Origin: Felis catus | Lineage: Eukaryota | Length of the DNA: 64,000 nucleotides | Direction: 5' to 3' | Assembly: GCF_018350175.1 (NCBI RefSeq) | Contig: NC_058375.1 | Location: forward strand, 22,878,001-22,942,000 | The notes under the pieces: model-generated | The model's database searches: none | What the model was told of the DNA's origin: nothing | What the model saw: only the letters and a program-made list of their open reading frames with translations | Made by a program: the position numbers and the translations under genes | Shown here: in pieces, positions 60,280 to 64,000 of the stretch | Position numbering within the stretch: the stretch's first letter is position 1 | Layout: every line of letters starts with the position of its first letter

Positions 60280-61944
60280 TTTTTTATTGAATAATAATTG
60301 AACCATAATACCATATTAGTTTCTGGTATACAACATAGTGATTCTATTTTTTTTTATTTTTTTAATGTTTATTTATTTTTTAGAGAGAGAGAGAGAGAGG
60401 GAGACACAGAATCCAAAGCAGGCTCCAGGCTCCGAACCGTCAACACAGAGCCCAACGCGGTGTGCGAACCCATGGACTCAGGGACAGTGAGATCATGACC
60501 TGAGCCGAAGTCAGCCACCTGAGCAACTGAGCCACCCAGGCGGCCCAGTGATTCTATTTTTATATACATTACAAAGTGGTGACCACAATAAGTCTAGCTG
60601 CCATCTGTCACCGCACAAAGTTGTTTAATATGATTGATTATATTTCCTACTCTTGTATGTTATATCCCTGTTAATTATTTATTTCATCACTGGAAGATTG
60701 TACCTCTTAATCCCCTTCATCTCTTTCGTCCATCCCCTCTGGCAACCATCAGTTTGTTTTCTCTATGAGAGTCTGTTTCTGTTCTGTTTGCTTGTCTCAT
60801 TTGTTGTTTAGATGCCACATGTAAAGGGAAATCATACAGAGTTTGCCTTTCTTCGGCTAACTTATTTCACTTACCATGACACCCTTCTAGTTGCATCCAT
60901 GTTGTTGCGAATGGCAAGATTTCATTCTTTTTCTGGCTGAGTTATATCCATATATCACATACATCATTTATATATCATACATATCAGATATATATATATC
61001 ATATCACATCTCCTTTCTCCATTCATCTATTGATGGACACTGGGGTTGCTTCCTTATCTTGGCGAGTGTAAATAATGTTGCCATAAACATAGGGATGCTT
61101 ATATCTTTTCAAGTGAGTGTTTTCATTTTCTTCAGATAAATATCTTGCAGTATGTTCTATTTTTAATGTATTGAGGAACCTCCATACCACAAAGCTATAG
61201 TGATCAAAACAGTATGGTCCCGGCACAAAAACAGACACACAGATCAATAGAAAAGAATAGAGACCCCGGAAAGAAACCCATGTGTACGTGATTGATTAAT
61301 CTACAGCAAAGGAGGCAAGAATATACACTGGGGAAAAGACGGTCCCTTCAACAAATCGTGTTGGGAACGCTGGACGGCCACATGCATATGAATGAAACTG
61401 GGACCACTTGCTTACCTTCCCTAAAAACAAACTCGAAAGGGATTCGAGACTCAAGTGCAAGCTTGAAACCATAAAACTCGTAGAAGAAAACTGGCAGTAA
61501 GCTCTTTGACGTGGCTCTGAGTGACATTTTTTTTTTTTTTTTTGGACCAGTCTGCTCAGGCAAGGACGACAAAAGCAAAAATTAACAAACGGCACCACAT
61601 CCAACTAAAAAGCTTTTGCACAGCGAGGCAAACCACCACCAAGTGAAAAAAAAAACAAAAAGCCATCTACGGAATGGGAGGCAATATTTGCAAATGATAT
61701 ACCCCATGAGGGGTTAATATCCAAAACATATAAAGAGCTTACACGGCTCAATAATACAAAATAAACCATCCAATTAGAAAATGGACAGAAGACCTGAAGA
61801 GACCCTTTTCCAAAGAGGACGTCCAGATCTCTTGGACGTCTGTTGGCCAACAGACACATGAAAAGATGCTCAGCATCGCTCAACATCAGGAAAATGCAAA
61901 TCAAAACCACAATGAGATGTCGCCTCACACCCGTCAGAATGGCT
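60280..61944 (-). mobile_element. 5'-truncated, 5'-inverted L1 (L1MA/carnivore type)
   Basis: 60280-61187 is the antisense 3' end up to the VWRFL-coding region; 61184-61944 is sense ORF2 from (Y)KAIVIKTVW to [14 protein letters not shown]. Confidence 0.9.
60352..60546 (-). mobile_element. Can-SINE inserted in the L1 3' UTR
   Basis: 15-bp TSD agtgattctattttt at 60337-60351 and 60547-60561. Confidence 0.97.
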
Positions 61945-64000
61945 GGTCACCTTTTCCTCTTTCTTTTCTTTGTCGTGACAGTGTTTCTTGTTCATTCGTG
62001 CGGAAGATTCATTAAGAGAGATGAATCTAGAAAAGTCACGAACTCTTGAGAAGCTATGGCTCTGTAAAGCGTATTTATTTTCGGCATAAGTGAGGACATC
62101 GACCATGGGGTCATTGTAGAGCAGGCAGAATTATTTTGCTTTGAATTTATTTTAGGTCTGCCCACGTGCACCTGCTTCTGGCTGTTCCGCTCAAGGAAGA
62201 GGTGCGGGTTTCGCTGGGTCTGTCAGCCCTGACTGGACCCTGGAAGGTACTCAGGTAAACTCCCACCTGGACCCTGTCACCTGCACGAGTGGGAGGCTGA
62301 TGGAGACCTCAGTCCTGGAGGCTCCTTCCTAATTCCCATCTGTCTAAACACAGACCCATTTCCTGGCCAACTCCGTCCTTAGTCACGTGACCAACGGCCT
62401 GGAACTCCCCAGGACTGACGGCATTCTCAGGAAAGGCAGGGGCCCATCCCTGGCCTCTTGAGGAATACCAAGTTCTGCGTTTCAAAATCCACAGAATCAC
62501 AGCATCTTGGGGCTGGCCCTCCTTGATCCTTGATCTTGGCATTGACTGATTACCTGCTGTGTCGGGGCCAGGCTCATGATCGTGCACGTATCCACAGCCA
62601 TGCCCAGGATGAATGTCCCCTCTGCCCACTTTGCCTCTTCCCTTCTCTTGCCCTCCTAGGAGAATCTTACCTTTGTAAGGGGGTTCCAGAATTGGGGGGA
62701 GGGGCGCAGAATCAGAAGTAAGAGTGGAGAGAATCCAGGAGGGTGAGTTAAGCTCTGGAATGAAGGTTGGGGTGGTAGGGAGGTGGTGGACAGAGGCAGT
62801 GGCTGGTCAGGGGTCGGGGGGGGGGGGGGCGTAGGCCTCCAGCTGGGGGAAACAGCCCCGGCTTTGCACAGCCCTTGGGTGGCTCCATTCCTGGGATTCT
62901 CAGGGACCCGACTCTGCTGGACCTTCACCCCTCAGCCTGCACCCCTGTTCTCTTCTCCCGCCTCTGCGCTGGTGGCTCTTAATACACAAATGAATTCTAC
63001 ACATTGGGCTCCGGTTGGCTAGGGGAGCTGTGCAGAGCCATGACTTTGGAGGGGCTTCTGGCTTCTAGGGGGCGAACCCCCCCCGACACCATTCCCCAAA
63101 GCCACAGGTGCCCAGGGGGTGGGAGAAAAGAGCATGGAGGCAGAGCCAGGCAGGTGGCGTTTGCACCCAGTTCCGCCCTGCCTGGCTGTGTGACCTTGGG
63201 CGAACCGCTGCCCCTCTCTGAGTCTCATCTGGGAGGTGCGGGAGGTGACACACACTGACCAGCCGGTAGCCGGACTCTCAATAAATGTTAACTTGATTAC
63301 CCCTCTTAGACCACCTTCTCCTTTGTTACTGGGGCGTCCACAATATTTCTGGTGTGGAGTGAACTCCCACAAAGTAAGCACTGTTCTTTGCCATTATTCT
63401 TCGCTTCTTTGTTAACGCAGTGTGTGTTTTTCCTACGTTCCCTTGTGCTGGAGAATCCCCTCATTCCCCTGTCCTGGCCCACACCAGCCCTTTGAGGACT
63501 GACAGCATCTGCGTCCCCGAAGAGCAGGATAACCTGACTACGACTGGGCGCCCAGCAAGTCCAGTCTCAGCGAGGTGCCCAATTCGAAGAAACAGTCCAG
63601 CAGCCAAGAATGATCTTAGAAGGAATTTCAGTTTTTATTTCCATCTCTCAAAAAAAAAAAAAAAAAAAAAGAGGGGGGTGGGGGGGGATCCCGTTTCTAG
63701 CCCGGGCAGCTCTCCCCAGCATCGCCATTTCTCACCATGGAGGACGGCAGAGCCTGTCGCCAAGCCAAACCTCCACGCGTATGCTTGCCAGGCTGTCCCC
63801 TCGGCCTCCTCTGTGCGTCACCAGCTCTGCCTCCCGGTGACGGATCGAGGGACTGCTGTTCCCAGCCGTGCAGCCTGGGTGCAGCCCTTTCCCCGCCAGG
63901 AGCCGCTCCCGTGTAAAAGGGGTCCCGGCCGTGCACCCCGCAGGGGTCGTCGACGACCAGAGATGCTGCGAAGAAGCCGGAGCTGGCGTGGGGATCGGCA

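Noticed and set aside
63737-63916. 59-codon ORF with a good Kozak context (caccATGG) in CpG-rich DNA
   Set aside because: The peptide (MEDGRACRQAK...) resembles nothing I recognise; no promoter or splice support visible.

Overview
Mammalian nuclear DNA, almost certainly from a feliform carnivore, since it carries ten cat-type Can-SINE copies. It comes from a gapped assembly (N-runs at 26326-26826 and 38078-38357). The window is GC-rich and I recognise no host protein-coding exon, rRNA, true tRNA or CRISPR array; the supplied ORFs are chance GC-rich frames, repeat-derived, or span Ns. Content: (i) many old MIR/L2/MLT1/L1M fragments; (ii) a ~6.3-kb nested L1 block at 11.5-17.8 kb; (iii) a degraded minus-strand ERV-L provirus half (RNase H tail, integrase, dUTPase, polypurine tract, 3' LTR with a CTCF-like motif) at 40.9-43.6 kb; (iv) an L1 with a 5'-inversion (twin-priming) structure at 60.3-61.9 kb; (v) a series of short AT-rich, non-repeat islands packed with homeodomain/POU/FOX motifs that look like conserved developmental enhancers. 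The best reading is an intergenic or deep-intronic regulatory region near an unidentified developmental gene. I found no convincing previously undescribed biological system; the findings are regulatory candidates and genome-evolution scars. Repeat family names come from my recollection of consensus sequences, most repeat boundaries are approximate, and all need RepeatMasker/Dfam confirmation.
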